This document shows positions 8,771 to 20,200 of a stretch of 64,000 bases of DNA, piece after piece. Each line of letters begins with the position of its first letter. The stretch's first letter is position 1. A program made the translations under genes and the position numbers. Under the pieces are notes generated by a model, which was not told the DNA's origin, made no database searches, and saw only the letters and a list, made by a program, of their open reading frames with translations. Source of the stretch: a virus; the IMG/VR virus record IMGVR_UViG_3300025916_000002, one strand, 5' to 3'.

Positions 8771-9451
8771 ATGGACCTGCAAGTCGTTCATAATCTTGTT
8801 AACTTCCTGTTAAATAAGGCTCAAGGCGCATGGTATTCGCCCGAAGATATTGACGACCTCATCCTCGACCCGGGCCAGATTTCCTTGTACAATGACTACT
8901 ATTCACGGTACGCAACCACCCAAAGGCTGGATGACGCCCTGGCGCCATTCAAGGCAGCGCCGTTTACTTTTACCAACGGCGACACGCCTGGGGGGCTTGT
9001 GAACACGCCGCCTGAGTACTTTGACCTACTCGACATATACACCCTCGTCACCGGCGCGGACAATGTGACGCGTCGCAAGCCATGCCCCGTTGTGGAAGAG
9101 GATGAGGTAACCTATCGAATGAACAGCCAGATTGATGTCGCCTCCACCGACGGCCCCTTCTGCCGCATCACCACCAACTGGGACGTGCAGCTTTATCCTG
9201 AAGTGCCACAAACCGGCGTACTGACTTACTTGCGCCGGCCGGCGAAACCGATATTTGTGTATACCGGAACTGGCCGCAATATCGTCTACGACCCCACATT
9301 GTCCACCCAGCTCGAGTGGGGCGATACGCAAATATTGTCCGTAGTTATTAAAGGCCTCGGCCTCATAGGAATCAACATTGGCGAGCAAGACATTATGCAG
9401 TGGAGCGAACTAAAGGATCAACAAAATATTGCAGGACAAATCAAACTATAA
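8771..9451 (+). CDS. putative virion structural protein (226 aa; adaptor or head-completion candidate)
   Basis: First gene of the long rightward late block. Position only. Confidence 0.4.
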   Translation: MDLQVVHNLVNFLLNKAQGAWYSPEDIDDLILDPGQISLYNDYYSRYATTQRLDDALAPFKAAPFTFTNGDTPGGLVNTPPEYFDLLDIYTLVTGADNVTRRKPCPVVEEDEVTYRMNSQIDVASTDGPFCRITTNWDVQLYPEVPQTGVLTYLRRPAKPIFVYTGTGRNIVYDPTLSTQLEWGDTQILSVVIKGLGLIGINIGEQDIMQWSELKDQQNIAGQIKL

Positions 9452-9489
9452 CCCATCACACGTAATCCATGTCAACCCCGCGATAAGCA

Positions 9490-10158
9490 ATGGCAACCAC
9501 GAAATACAAAATAGCAGAAACGGTCCTGCGCAGACTCTCCGGCGGCAATATCAAGCTGGCGACCAAAGTGACCATTCCTGAGATTGCCATCGCGGTGGAA
9601 CAGCTTGCCAATAAGGCGCTGAAGATGGAGTACCTGCAGACCGACCTGCCGACGGGTAACGTCATTCCCAATGGCGCGTCGATTGCTACCTACGAAAACG
9701 TACTGGTTACCCAGTATAAAAACGTTTCCCAGTCCATCCTGCCCGCCATGCCCATTAAATTACCAAGAGGCATCGGTTGTTGGCAAATCTTCAGGCCGGA
9801 TGACGTAAATAACCAATTCATTATCATAGATAATACAGCGGAGTTCTTGATTATTGGACAACCCGTTTTGTCCGATCTCTCCGGCTGCATTGCAGCAACA
9901 CAATACGGCGACCGCGTGCAGTACACCCGCGATCTGACGACGCCCAATGTGGATACATTCGTGACCATGCGCCTCATTGTACTCGACATACGCCAGTACG
10001 GCGATTGGGATTTACTGCCCATCCCGCCGGATATGGAGGCTGATATCGTTAATCAGGCCTATAATATGTTCGCCGCTGAGCCTGTCGCCAATAAGCTCGA
10101 CGACCCAGGCCGTGCACAGCAGGCCGGTATTCCTGTCACTAAACAAACGCAAGACTGA
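9490..10158 (+). CDS. putative virion structural protein (222 aa)
   Basis: Late-block position only. Confidence 0.4.
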   Translation: MATTKYKIAETVLRRLSGGNIKLATKVTIPEIAIAVEQLANKALKMEYLQTDLPTGNVIPNGASIATYENVLVTQYKNVSQSILPAMPIKLPRGIGCWQIFRPDDVNNQFIIIDNTAEFLIIGQPVLSDLSGCIAATQYGDRVQYTRDLTTPNVDTFVTMRLIVLDIRQYGDWDLLPIPPDMEADIVNQAYNMFAAEPVANKLDDPGRAQQAGIPVTKQTQD

Positions 10159-10922
10159 TGCTATTCACCAGCGCCGATACCATCACCCGTCGTATCCTGC
10201 TTCGCAAGCGGTGGCCGCTGCATTACTATTTGCAGGTACTGGGGCTCGTCGCGGAAGTTATCCGGGAGCTGTCTTTTGATTCCCTGCAGATCGTTAATAC
10301 TGTGGAGCTTATCCCCGGGCCAACCATGGCGGTCGATCTCCCTTGCGACATGGTGGACTGGGTATTTGTCGGCGTTAACAATGGCCAGTTTGTGCGGCCG
10401 ATTGTACAAAGCAATGAAATCAACAACCTCACGAAGCTCAACACCAGTGGCCAGCCGGTCTTATACGGCGACACGCTGAGCGACGGCAGCACCTTCGACT
10501 GGCCATTCGGCTGGGGCTGGGCATGGGGTAGCTACTATTATAACATGGACGACCTCGGCGAACCGACCGGGCGCCTGTATGGGTTGGATACCACGCAGCT
10601 GGACCCCAACCGCTTTAAATATCTGCCGGAGCGCAACCAGATACAGCTGACGGAAGACTTTCGGGGGTCAAAGTTGTACCTCGTTTACATCGGCAACGGC
10701 CAGAGCGCAGACAATGTAACACAAGTGGATGTCATGGCGCAGGACTGTATCGAGCGCTATGCTGACTGGAAGCTTTCCCCTGGCGCTGATATTGACCGTT
10801 CACCACAGGGCATGACTTATTACAACGCCAAACGCCGCTTCCGCGCCCGCAAAGACAGCTTAACGCCTGTTGATATACGACGCATTCTATTCTCTGCATA
10901 CGGTAACCCATATAAGCATTAA
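10158..10922 (+). CDS. putative virion structural protein (254 aa)
   Basis: TGATG overlap with the upstream gene; late block. Confidence 0.4.
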   Translation: MLFTSADTITRRILLRKRWPLHYYLQVLGLVAEVIRELSFDSLQIVNTVELIPGPTMAVDLPCDMVDWVFVGVNNGQFVRPIVQSNEINNLTKLNTSGQPVLYGDTLSDGSTFDWPFGWGWAWGSYYYNMDDLGEPTGRLYGLDTTQLDPNRFKYLPERNQIQLTEDFRGSKLYLVYIGNGQSADNVTQVDVMAQDCIERYADWKLSPGADIDRSPQGMTYYNAKRRFRARKDSLTPVDIRRILFSAYGNPYKH

Positions 10923-10925
10923 GCC

Positions 10926-12338
10926 ATGGACCAAAGCAAGCATGCATTCATAGCGGGCCTTGATGCCGATAGCGCCGATTACGCCATCGAGAGAGGGCGT
11001 TGGGTTAACATGCGCAATATGCGTACCGGGAGCGCCGATGCTTTGTTGAGTAATACCAGCGACGTTGAGCCGATCGGCAGTACGGTGCCGCTGACTATAA
11101 CCCTACCGACGGGCACGAACATCGCGCTGGGTTCCTGCTATGATGAAGCAGGTGACCGCATCCTACGACTGAACTGGAACTCTCTCACCAGCCACGGCAT
11201 TTACGCGCTCTACCCGGACGGAACGACTTATACCGTCCTACTATCCGCCGATGTCACCGGCGGCCTCGGTTTTAGCAAATACTCGCCCATTCATTCCTGC
11301 TTTGTCCTGAACGGCAATCTTTACTGGGTGGACAGTACCAACCAGCAACCGCGTAGATTGAATATCGATGCGGGTATTAAGGCTTACCAGCCCAGTTTTG
11401 TCACGGATGTCGCCCCTTACAGCCTGCCCGTCGCTCAATCTGTTATAAGCTGGATACGCCGGCCGGCCGGCCTCTGCCTGAGCGCCGTCAAGGCTGTAGA
11501 TGGCAGCTATGCAAATAATTTCGTTCGCTACGGCTCGTTCCTTTTTGCGCGCCGCTACCAATATCGGGACTACGAGTTTTCCACCCTGTCCGCGTACTCG
11601 AAGCTGGTGCCCTACAACGACAATAACGACAATGCGACCAACCGGGTAGATGTAACCTTCCCGCTGGGTGAACAGTTTGAGCAGGACGTTCTACAAGTTG
11701 ACTTGGTGGCCATCTACCTCGATGAAGGCGTGGCTCGTATCGTCCGGTCATGGAATCGGACCAATGCCGCCGATGCGGCGGCCATGGCTGCCCATAATGC
11801 CGGCACGCCGCTTACCTACGCTTTCTTTGCCGACCAGACCGGGACAGTCCTTGCATCCACATATGTGGATAAGCTTTTTGATTCTGTCCCCATTTTCGCG
11901 GAAACGACCGAACGGGGCCGAAACCGGACTTTCATGGCTGATTACACGATTGGTTATGACGCTTCGACGGTAACAAGCCTTGCGGCGGTCACTCATACCC
12001 CAGGCGGTACAGCACTGGGCCTCGTGGCAACGAATGTGAACAATATCACCAACATCGTCATCGACGGCGATCAAGTAGCCTTTGTACTGGGCACACCCTT
12101 CCCGGTTGGCCCTATGCAGCCGAGCGAGTACTCCACGACACACGTGGGCCCCGGTGAAGTGTTTGTGGTCAGTGTGGCTGGCGCCTGCACATCGGTTGTA
12201 GTTCGTTACGGGACCGATGGCAGCACTTTTACCACCGTGAGCCAGCCCTATATTGGCGACGGTGATTACACTTTTCCGGGCATACCAATTGCCCCCAACG
12301 ATGGAACTTTTGCGACATGGATTGTCGCTACAATATAA
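10926..12338 (+). CDS. putative tail tubular/adaptor protein (470 aa)
   Basis: Precedes an 805-aa protein and three internal-virion-sized proteins. The order resembles T7 gp11-gp16. Synteny and size only. Confidence 0.3.
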   Translation: MDQSKHAFIAGLDADSADYAIERGRWVNMRNMRTGSADALLSNTSDVEPIGSTVPLTITLPTGTNIALGSCYDEAGDRILRLNWNSLTSHGIYALYPDGTTYTVLLSADVTGGLGFSKYSPIHSCFVLNGNLYWVDSTNQQPRRLNIDAGIKAYQPSFVTDVAPYSLPVAQSVISWIRRPAGLCLSAVKAVDGSYANNFVRYGSFLFARRYQYRDYEFSTLSAYSKLVPYNDNNDNATNRVDVTFPLGEQFEQDVLQVDLVAIYLDEGVARIVRSWNRTNAADAAAMAAHNAGTPLTYAFFADQTGTVLASTYVDKLFDSVPIFAETTERGRNRTFMADYTIGYDASTVTSLAAVTHTPGGTALGLVATNVNNITNIVIDGDQVAFVLGTPFPVGPMQPSEYSTTHVGPGEVFVVSVAGACTSVVVRYGTDGSTFTTVSQPYIGDGDYTFPGIPIAPNDGTFATWIVATI

Positions 12339-14756
12339 ATGGCTTATAGTAAGATTTTTAAAACAGATGCGGCCTATCAGTTGTCGGTTACTTTCTATGA
12401 TAACTATCAAAGGAAGTGCGGACTGTTGACTATGAATGGGCGTGTCATTATACCCGACCGGACATACGGAACGCCCGGCAGCGTAGCTTCTATCGGCTGG
12501 ACGCTCAGCAATGTCGCCGCGTTGGCGGAAATACCATCCTTTGCTTACTATTATTCCGTCAATATCACCAAGTGCCTGCGCACGCGGTTCTTTATCCAGC
12601 TCCGTGGCCGCGATGCTACGTATGTAAAAAAGGATATTGATGGCAATTATGTCTTCAATAATAGCGACTACCTGCCGACGCATGCCGGCTGCGCTTTTGA
12701 TATTTCTACCCTCATCCCGCTCAACATGGGATACGTATTCGCTGAGGGTGATATCGTTAAAATCTACATCGGCAGCGCCGTTTATAGTGTGGCTATCATC
12801 GGGCAGCAAGGCAACTGGATAATAACCGAGCTGGCGAATATGGGTACACTCAATGGTACAACGCCGTTTTTGTTCGAGATTTACACCCCTTACAAACCGT
12901 CTGCCACGGAGCCCGGTTTTGAGGTAGCGCAGATATTTCCTATCCTCAATCCGGGCACGAATACCCGGGCTTATAGTACGCTGGCGGGAACCATCACCGG
13001 TGACGTATGGCTGGTGACGCGGCAGGGATTAAATGGGGTCTACTATACTATCAATACGGTCGATGAGAAACGCAATGATGACGTGGATGCCACGCTGGGA
13101 TTTCTGTATGTACGGCAGGATGCCGCCGACGCCAACTTCAGTACAGGTAGCTCCCCCTTTCGCTCACTAGCCGGTTTCAATATATCCACCAATACCGACC
13201 GCGTTATTTTCAAAAATGATAGCGCCACAGACCTGACTTTCACGCTGTCCGGCTTTATTAAAGTACGACCCGACAGCGACCGGACATGGCGCATGTATGT
13301 GGCTGACAACGCGGGCAACTCGACTATACTCGTGCCCGATACGACGATGAATGCCAATCAGGTTTATACGCTCTATTACGACCAGACTATCACCCTGGCG
13401 CCCGGCAACCGGTTGTTTGTTTTCCATCACCAGAGCGTGGCTAATAGTATGTATTTCCTTGACCTGAGTGCTACGATAAAAGTACCGTCCAGCGCCATTA
13501 CCTATCAGGTAGAGGCTATGTCGCCCAATGATAAGTTTTACAAGAACTGGTTTACCGATGCCGGCCGCGTGAACAATGTTGACCCGCTGGGGCAGGTGCT
13601 GCATACCAACACCATCGCTTTCTCCAATACGCTCGCCGACGGCACTAAAAACAACGGCCTTTCTACTTACGACTTCCTGGATACCAAGCCGGTGCCGACC
13701 GAATGTGGTGCCATCGCCAAACTGCAACTTACCTCTAAGGTAAGCAATGAGCAGGGCGTCGTCATGCTGGGCATCTGCTCGAAAGAGACAGTGAGCATGT
13801 ACCTATCCGAAGTTCAGCTCCTCGGGGCCACAAAGAACGCCGACGTGGCGCAGGTAGCCGATGTGATAGGTACCATCAATACGCTCAAAGGCAGCTTCGG
13901 CACTTCCAATCCCGAGAGTGTGGTCGAATACCGGGGCAATGTTTACTGGCTGGATAGTAACAACGGCAAGTATATACAATATTCCAACAATGGGTTGTTT
14001 CCCATTTCCAATTACCGCATGACGCGCTTTTGGAAATTATTCAGCGAAGCCTACCGCGCATTGACGCCGGTGCAAATCGAAGCCCTCGGCAGCCGGCCAT
14101 ATGTATACAGCGGTATTGATCCACAGAATGGCGAACTGCTCGTTTCCATTCCCCGTGTGCTCACCAATCCCCCACGCGGTTTTCTACCTGACTATCCCTC
14201 CCGAGTGTATCCGTTCGACATCTGGGATGGGCAGGCGAAGGTGGTAGTATATAAGCTATCGGTAGAACCCAACTGGTATATGGGCTCCTACGACATCCCG
14301 GCGGAAAACTTCTGTTATGCTGGTAATAAGATATACGCTTTCAAGGCTGGGCAGGCCTACCGGTTGAATGATGAAAATAGCCAGTGTAACCTCTTTGGCG
14401 TGCAACAGCCAGCGCAGGCGATGTATGTGATGAATGCTATCCTGAACCGGCCGAAAGTTGCCAATAACATTACCATTGAAGCAGACCGACCACCGGACTT
14501 TACTTATTTTATGACAGAAAATCCTTATATTCAATCGAGCGATTTGTTCGATGACTATGAGAATAAGGAAGGTATTTGGTACGCAGCTATCCTACGGGAT
14601 AAGCTGACGCCTATCGTCACCCGTCCTATTCTTCGCGGTGACCGGATGCGCGGAACTGTTTTAAAAGTGATGCTGGAATGGGATGTTCAAAGTCAATCAG
14701 TTAGTTTTAAATTTGCAAACATAGGATACGATGCGTCACGCGGCCATACCACATAG
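12339..14756 (+). CDS. putative tail tubular (nozzle) protein B-like (805 aa)
   Basis: Size and position are analogous to podovirus tail tube protein B (about 800 aa in T7). No motif evidence. Confidence 0.3.
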   Translation: MAYSKIFKTDAAYQLSVTFYDNYQRKCGLLTMNGRVIIPDRTYGTPGSVASIGWTLSNVAALAEIPSFAYYYSVNITKCLRTRFFIQLRGRDATYVKKDIDGNYVFNNSDYLPTHAGCAFDISTLIPLNMGYVFAEGDIVKIYIGSAVYSVAIIGQQGNWIITELANMGTLNGTTPFLFEIYTPYKPSATEPGFEVAQIFPILNPGTNTRAYSTLAGTITGDVWLVTRQGLNGVYYTINTVDEKRNDDVDATLGFLYVRQDAADANFSTGSSPFRSLAGFNISTNTDRVIFKNDSATDLTFTLSGFIKVRPDSDRTWRMYVADNAGNSTILVPDTTMNANQVYTLYYDQTITLAPGNRLFVFHHQSVANSMYFLDLSATIKVPSSAITYQVEAMSPNDKFYKNWFTDAGRVNNVDPLGQVLHTNTIAFSNTLADGTKNNGLSTYDFLDTKPVPTECGAIAKLQLTSKVSNEQGVVMLGICSKETVSMYLSEVQLLGATKNADVAQVADVIGTINTLKGSFGTSNPESVVEYRGNVYWLDSNNGKYIQYSNNGLFPISNYRMTRFWKLFSEAYRALTPVQIEALGSRPYVYSGIDPQNGELLVSIPRVLTNPPRGFLPDYPSRVYPFDIWDGQAKVVVYKLSVEPNWYMGSYDIPAENFCYAGNKIYAFKAGQAYRLNDENSQCNLFGVQQPAQAMYVMNAILNRPKVANNITIEADRPPDFTYFMTENPYIQSSDLFDDYENKEGIWYAAILRDKLTPIVTRPILRGDRMRGTVLKVMLEWDVQSQSVSFKFANIGYDASRGHTT

Positions 14757-14788
14757 CAACCGCGAGCGTGTCGTTTAAACTGTAACAA

Positions 14789-15331
14789 ATGCCAGACCCG
14801 ATCTCTGCCGGCATGGCCCTTATTGGGGGCATAGGCGGCGCGTTAAACGCAGGTAAAACCAACCGGAAGCTCACTGAGCTTTTCGCCGGCGATCCTGCCT
14901 ATGCGGCTAATCCATTGGTGAATCAGCAATTAGCGCTATCCAAGACGCTGCTGAATGCTCGCATGCCCGGCGCTACATATGCGCAAGGACAGATATTGCA
15001 GAACGAGGCCAATCAACAAGGCGCAGCTGCCAATAATGCGACCGATGGCAGCCAACTACTGGCGCAAGGGAGTGTGCTGAATAATCAAACCAACAATGCC
15101 ACCCTTCAACTGGGCGAACAAGAGGCGCAGGATTATCAGCGGCGCTACGGCAACGTTGCTACAGCCACCGGTGCGGCGGTAAATGAAGGGGATAAAGTAT
15201 TTCAGGATAAGGTTCGGCGCTTGCAGGATCAGGCCAATATCATCGGCGCCCAGGCGCAGAATAACCAAGGCATCTGGAATAGCCTGACCAATCTCGGGAT
15301 GGCGGGCATGAACCTCAGCGCATCACGTTAA
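14789..15331 (+). CDS. putative internal virion protein (180 aa, Gly-rich hydrophobic N-terminus, Q/N-rich)
   Basis: N-terminal AGMALIGGIGGALNAG segment. First step of the 180/620/1942-aa ladder. Confidence 0.35.
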   Translation: MPDPISAGMALIGGIGGALNAGKTNRKLTELFAGDPAYAANPLVNQQLALSKTLLNARMPGATYAQGQILQNEANQQGAAANNATDGSQLLAQGSVLNNQTNNATLQLGEQEAQDYQRRYGNVATATGAAVNEGDKVFQDKVRRLQDQANIIGAQAQNNQGIWNSLTNLGMAGMNLSASR

Positions 15332-15341
15332 AAAATAAACC

Positions 15342-17204
15342 ATGGCCCTCGATGTAAGTAGTTCCATATTGAAGCAACCGGATTGGCAGGGATTGTATCA
15401 TCTCGCCGATACGCAGTCGCGTAATAAATTGCGCCAGCAACAGCTCGATCAGCAAATGCAAAGCAAGCGCAATGCTGCGGGGACGTTCCTGAACAACTAC
15501 CTCGACAAAAAAGATTACCTGACGGGGACCGCTGCTGACCCCGAGTTGGTGAAGCAACTCCAACAGGCCATGCAGCAGGGCGCGCAAATGGCCCAGCAGG
15601 GCGCAGATACACCTACGCTGTTGACTGCTCTTACGCCGCTGGTAAGTAAGATAAACGATTACTCTACCCGTGCGAAGGCGATTAATAAGCAGGCTGACGA
15701 TATGATAACCAAGATGAAGCAGAATGGCTATACGGGTTATGATTTCGGAACGCTCAAAGATGAAGCGCTGAAATCAGCATTCTTTAATACCGACCCGAAG
15801 ACCGGGCAGCCGACGCTCGACCCGAGTAAGGCGAACCCATCTACCAACTGGGTACTAAAGGCTATTGACGAGGCGCCGGAAAAAGTAACTACCAGCGCAG
15901 GGCTGGACACTTTCGCTAAGAATTCCCCTATGCAAAAAACGATGTCCGATGTCACGACCTACAATCCAGGTGGCGGCTATTCCCGCGGAAAGGCGCATCT
16001 CATCGGCCAAAACTGGCTCACGCCTGACGTAGACGAAAAGGGCGTTACCACAGGTCTTGTGCCAAAACATGATATTGCCACCGAAGGCGGCCAACCTTTG
16101 ATGCACGATTTCAACGGTACAAAAGCCCCGGTGCGCCTGCTGGATGAAGGTGTCTTTGACGATATGATGCAGAAACGTCCGGATGTAGCCGATTACATGA
16201 AAGGCTTGGTGAAGCAACATCTGGCCGAATATAAGAACCCCGACGGCACGCCGGTGTCCATGGGTGACCCGCGCGCAAAAATGGTTGCCCGGGCTATTGC
16301 CTACGATGAGCTGAATCGCCGTAAGGCATCTACCATAGAGCAGGCGGCCGTTGAAAACAAACCCTCTCCCATGCAGGTGCGCCTGCAACTGGGAGATTCA
16401 CCGCAATACCTGAAGATGTTGCAGGATCAGGCACAGGCCCGTACCGAAGGCCATCAAGCTGGCAAAGGCGCTGGTGCTGCCGGCAACCCTGTAGAAACAA
16501 TCGGCCATATTTTCAACAATAACCCCGACTATACTGGCGGCGATGTGGAGAAAGTAGATGGCCGCAATGTCATTAACGTTACCGGCTCTTTCCCTGCCGG
16601 CGGCCTGAAGTCAGGTAAGGGTGACGCGTTTAAATACCGGCAGGTGTATTTTGATCCGGAGAAGCGTTCGCTGATAGTGGAAAAGGAAACGACCACCAAC
16701 GACCCGATAAAAGGCAAGCAGGTTAATGTGGCCTATGAAACCTACCCTGAAAACAAAGTCGGTCAATTTATGAATACCATCGGCGGCGGCAATGGCGTAT
16801 CTCCTGAGAAAGTCAGGCAGATACAGCAGCAATTCGGTTACCAGAATGGCCGGTTCGCCGGCTCGCAGGCGCCAGCCAGGGAAGTGCAGCAAGACGCACC
16901 GGCTCCCGGCGCGCTGGAATCGTTCGATAAAAGCGGTAAGATAGATGACCTGAAACCGCTGGAAGGCCAGCAGGTGAAGGATGGCGTGATAAAGAAAATT
17001 GACAAGACGAACCCGCTGAACATGGTGAACGATTACTATATCACCGTGCAGAAGCCAGACGGGAAAGAAGAGGATATCAAGTTTAAGAATAAGGCGGCGC
17101 TAAAGGAGTATTTGAATGGTGGCGCCCCCGCGAGTGCAGCCCCAGCCCCAGCCCCAGCTCCCGGCGCTCCGAAGGTTAAGAAGCAAAACAAATATGGTAT
17201 TTAA
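15342..17204 (+). CDS. putative internal virion protein (620 aa, Q-rich, C-terminal APAPAPAP low complexity)
   Basis: Position and size. Its stop overlaps the start of the giant gene (TAATG). Confidence 0.35.
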   Translation: MALDVSSSILKQPDWQGLYHLADTQSRNKLRQQQLDQQMQSKRNAAGTFLNNYLDKKDYLTGTAADPELVKQLQQAMQQGAQMAQQGADTPTLLTALTPLVSKINDYSTRAKAINKQADDMITKMKQNGYTGYDFGTLKDEALKSAFFNTDPKTGQPTLDPSKANPSTNWVLKAIDEAPEKVTTSAGLDTFAKNSPMQKTMSDVTTYNPGGGYSRGKAHLIGQNWLTPDVDEKGVTTGLVPKHDIATEGGQPLMHDFNGTKAPVRLLDEGVFDDMMQKRPDVADYMKGLVKQHLAEYKNPDGTPVSMGDPRAKMVARAIAYDELNRRKASTIEQAAVENKPSPMQVRLQLGDSPQYLKMLQDQAQARTEGHQAGKGAGAAGNPVETIGHIFNNNPDYTGGDVEKVDGRNVINVTGSFPAGGLKSGKGDAFKYRQVYFDPEKRSLIVEKETTTNDPIKGKQVNVAYETYPENKVGQFMNTIGGGNGVSPEKVRQIQQQFGYQNGRFAGSQAPAREVQQDAPAPGALESFDKSGKIDDLKPLEGQQVKDGVIKKIDKTNPLNMVNDYYITVQKPDGKEEDIKFKNKAALKEYLNGGAPASAAPAPAPAPGAPKVKKQNKYGI

Positions 17205-20200
17205 TGGCCGAAGATCAAGTCATAGCAGCACCTCCGCAGCAGGACACCCTCACCGGCGATCCGCCATCTGGACCCGATTATGTATCCAAGGTATACACAA
17301 CACTCAAGGATAATATTTCCGGTTTTGATAAGGACGAGGCTACTTTCCGTAAGCTGATGGGCGATTCGTCCTACCGGGCCAAAGTGTATTCCACCCTCAA
17401 AGAAAATATCGACGGCTTCAATAAAGGCCGCGACCAGTTCGACTCCGCTGTGGGCGTTTTGCGACCGAAACCCGGGCAGCCCATCGGCCAGCTGGCTGCG
17501 GGAGAGAAACCCATTGACAGCGTCGCCGGCCTACTGGAAAAGACTGGCGTCAAAACAGCGCAGCAGGCTCATGCCGATGAACTGGCGGCTGCCAAAGACA
17601 GACTCACCAAAACATGGGATAACATCACGCCGCTGGCAGAGAAGACCCTACAGGAGGATCGCCAGAAGGATGCACTCGGCCAGGAACAGGCCATGCTTCA
17701 GCGTTTGGGCAGTGATGCCACCCGCGTCGCCGGTGGTCAACCTGCTGTGCCCTTCCCTGCTATCGCCCCGACGACCCCGCAAGATGTTCAGCAATTCAAG
17801 AACGATGAAGGGAATCAAAGGCGTTTGCTGAGCCGACAGATTACTGCTTATCAAAAGGAAGGCAATCAGAAGGATGCCAATGAGTTGCAGGCGGCCGCCT
17901 TTATAACACAGAAACAACCGGCATCTAAAGGGCGAGAAGATGAGGCCCTTTCCTACGCAAATGATCTGAAGGAAGGAAAATTGCGCTACTCGCCGGTTAC
18001 CGAAACGCTCATTAAGCCGACCAATCTTGGCGAATCCCTTACCGATGCGTGGGGTAAACGACAAGATGATATTGCTCTATATGACGTAATGAACGATGGC
18101 ACCGATGCTGAAAAGATTGCTGCTCTCAATAAGGCTATAGCGCCCCACGATCCTTTGAAACCGATTCATGTTCCGGAGGGGGTCGCTGGTTTCATCGGCG
18201 GTGAAGCCGGCAGTCTTGGACTACCCGGTCTGGCCGCCACCGCAGCCGGTTTCATTCCCGCCGTCGGAACGGCCGCCGCCGGGGGCATCATGGCCCATGA
18301 GCAGGCTCGACGCAGTGCCGCAGGAGAGGCTGTAAAAACCTATGCTGAAGCCAAAGCCAAGGGCGCTACCGATGAAGAGGCGCTCGATGCCGCGAAGAAG
18401 GGTGCTACCGTGGGGATGTATACCGGGGCGATTACCGGCGGCCTTATGGGTGCAGCTGGAGCAAAGGCAGGTAAGGCTGCATTAGCTACGCCTGCGCCGT
18501 CTGGAATGCTTCGAGCTGCTGCTGCGAAAGCTTTTTCTTTTCTCAAAGAGGAAGCCCCCGCCGCCCTCACGCAAGGTGCGATTGCTGGTACAGGGGAGGC
18601 TGTCAAGAATATCGCTGCCGGCCGTCCCACGGCTGAGGGTGTAGCGGAAGCCGGACTCGGTGCCATAGGCTATACCTACGCCTTTGGCGCACTAGCTAAG
18701 CTTGGGCGCGCCATCCCGAAGACCGCCGAAAAGTTGCGCCAGGGGTTGATAAAACTGCCCCCTGAAGATGTGAAGGCTATTGCTGACGAACAGGTACAGG
18801 CCGGTATTGTAACGCCCGATGAAGCGAAAATAGCAGTTGATAATGTAGAGGCGCACCGTGCTGCCGACGAGCAAATACCTGACAAAGTCGTCAACGATGA
18901 AGTGCGATTGAAGTTGCAAAAACGCATGGAGCGCCGGGCTGAATTGGAAGACGAACTGAAGACGGTTAACAAGGCATTTCATCTTGAGATAAAAGAAAAG
19001 ATTGCGAAACTGGATGAGGAAGTGAACGAGGTGGCGAATAGTAAGGAGGCGAAGACGGAGCATGAGGAGCCGGGGCCGGAGGAGGTCGTGAATATACCCG
19101 CAGGCTGGAACAGCGATATCACATCCACGAAAGAAGCCCTCAGGAATGTACCTGATGACGCGTTTACAGAGATGCGGGATGGATTACATGATGTTGGCAT
19201 GGGCCAAATCGGCACTATTGCAAAATTATATCATAAAGGCGACCGTCCCGATATAGTAAGGGCCGTCAACGATTTGGTCGGAAAATATGTTAAAGCGCCC
19301 GTGGAACCTGCTGTTCCACGGGGAACGCCTGAGGGTCAAGCTGATGCATCCGCCACGATGCCCGACGCCCGCATCCTCATCGAAAAAGGCATCGAATCCG
19401 GAAAGATTTCTGACGTATACAAACCCTATGCAGAACACCCGGAACATTTCCTGGATTTCATTCGCGACCAAATCAAAGGCGGTAACGAACCGGAACTGAG
19501 GAAAGAATTTGGAGATGATTTGGTAAATTTGGCGAAAGAAGATTCCAATGCCCAAGCAGTACGAAGCGATCCGGGACAAGTTCCTGAAGGAGGGCAAGTC
19601 GTCGAAGGAGGCAAAGACATCGGCAGCGAAGATTTACAATCACCTGCGCTCAATGCACCCGTCAATGGCGAAGCTCCCGAACAAGCCGGGGAAAGGGTAA
19701 AATCACCGGAGCCCGCAACTTTGCGGCCTCCTAAGGTCGCCAAACCCGCCGCCCCAATACTCACGCCTGAACAACAGGCGCAGGCAGACTATGCCTATAA
19801 GAATTCCTACCGCGAGTTTGTTAAAGAGCACCCCGACGTCAGTGTTGATGATTATAATCGCTTACGTGGCGCCAAATTTGCTCAAGTTCGTGCCGCTCAA
19901 ACCTCCGCCAAACACGAACAGCTATACGAAAATATAATGGGTTCCGATCCGCAAGCCAGCGGCAATCGTATCCCGGTTGATCCCATCGTTGGCGAGAAGC
20001 CAAAGCAGATATCGCAAATCATGAGCGATGTCAGTAAGGGCCTGAGCCAGAAAATCATTTACGCAAAGTCTGGACGAAAGGGCGGCGTGGGTACATATTC
20101 AACCGGTAGCGGTGGAATAAAAATCAAATACACCGGCGATCTCGATACAACTGCTCATGAAATCGGGCACGGTATTGACGACAAGTTTGGCGTGCTGGCA

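Noticed and set aside
7474-12809. Long antisense ORFs 7474..8256 (260 aa) and 11748..12809 (353 aa); also 32065..32799 and 27652..28344 elsewhere
   Set aside because: All lie opposite long, well-behaved same-direction late genes and have His/Arg/Gly-rich compositions. None has coupled neighbours.
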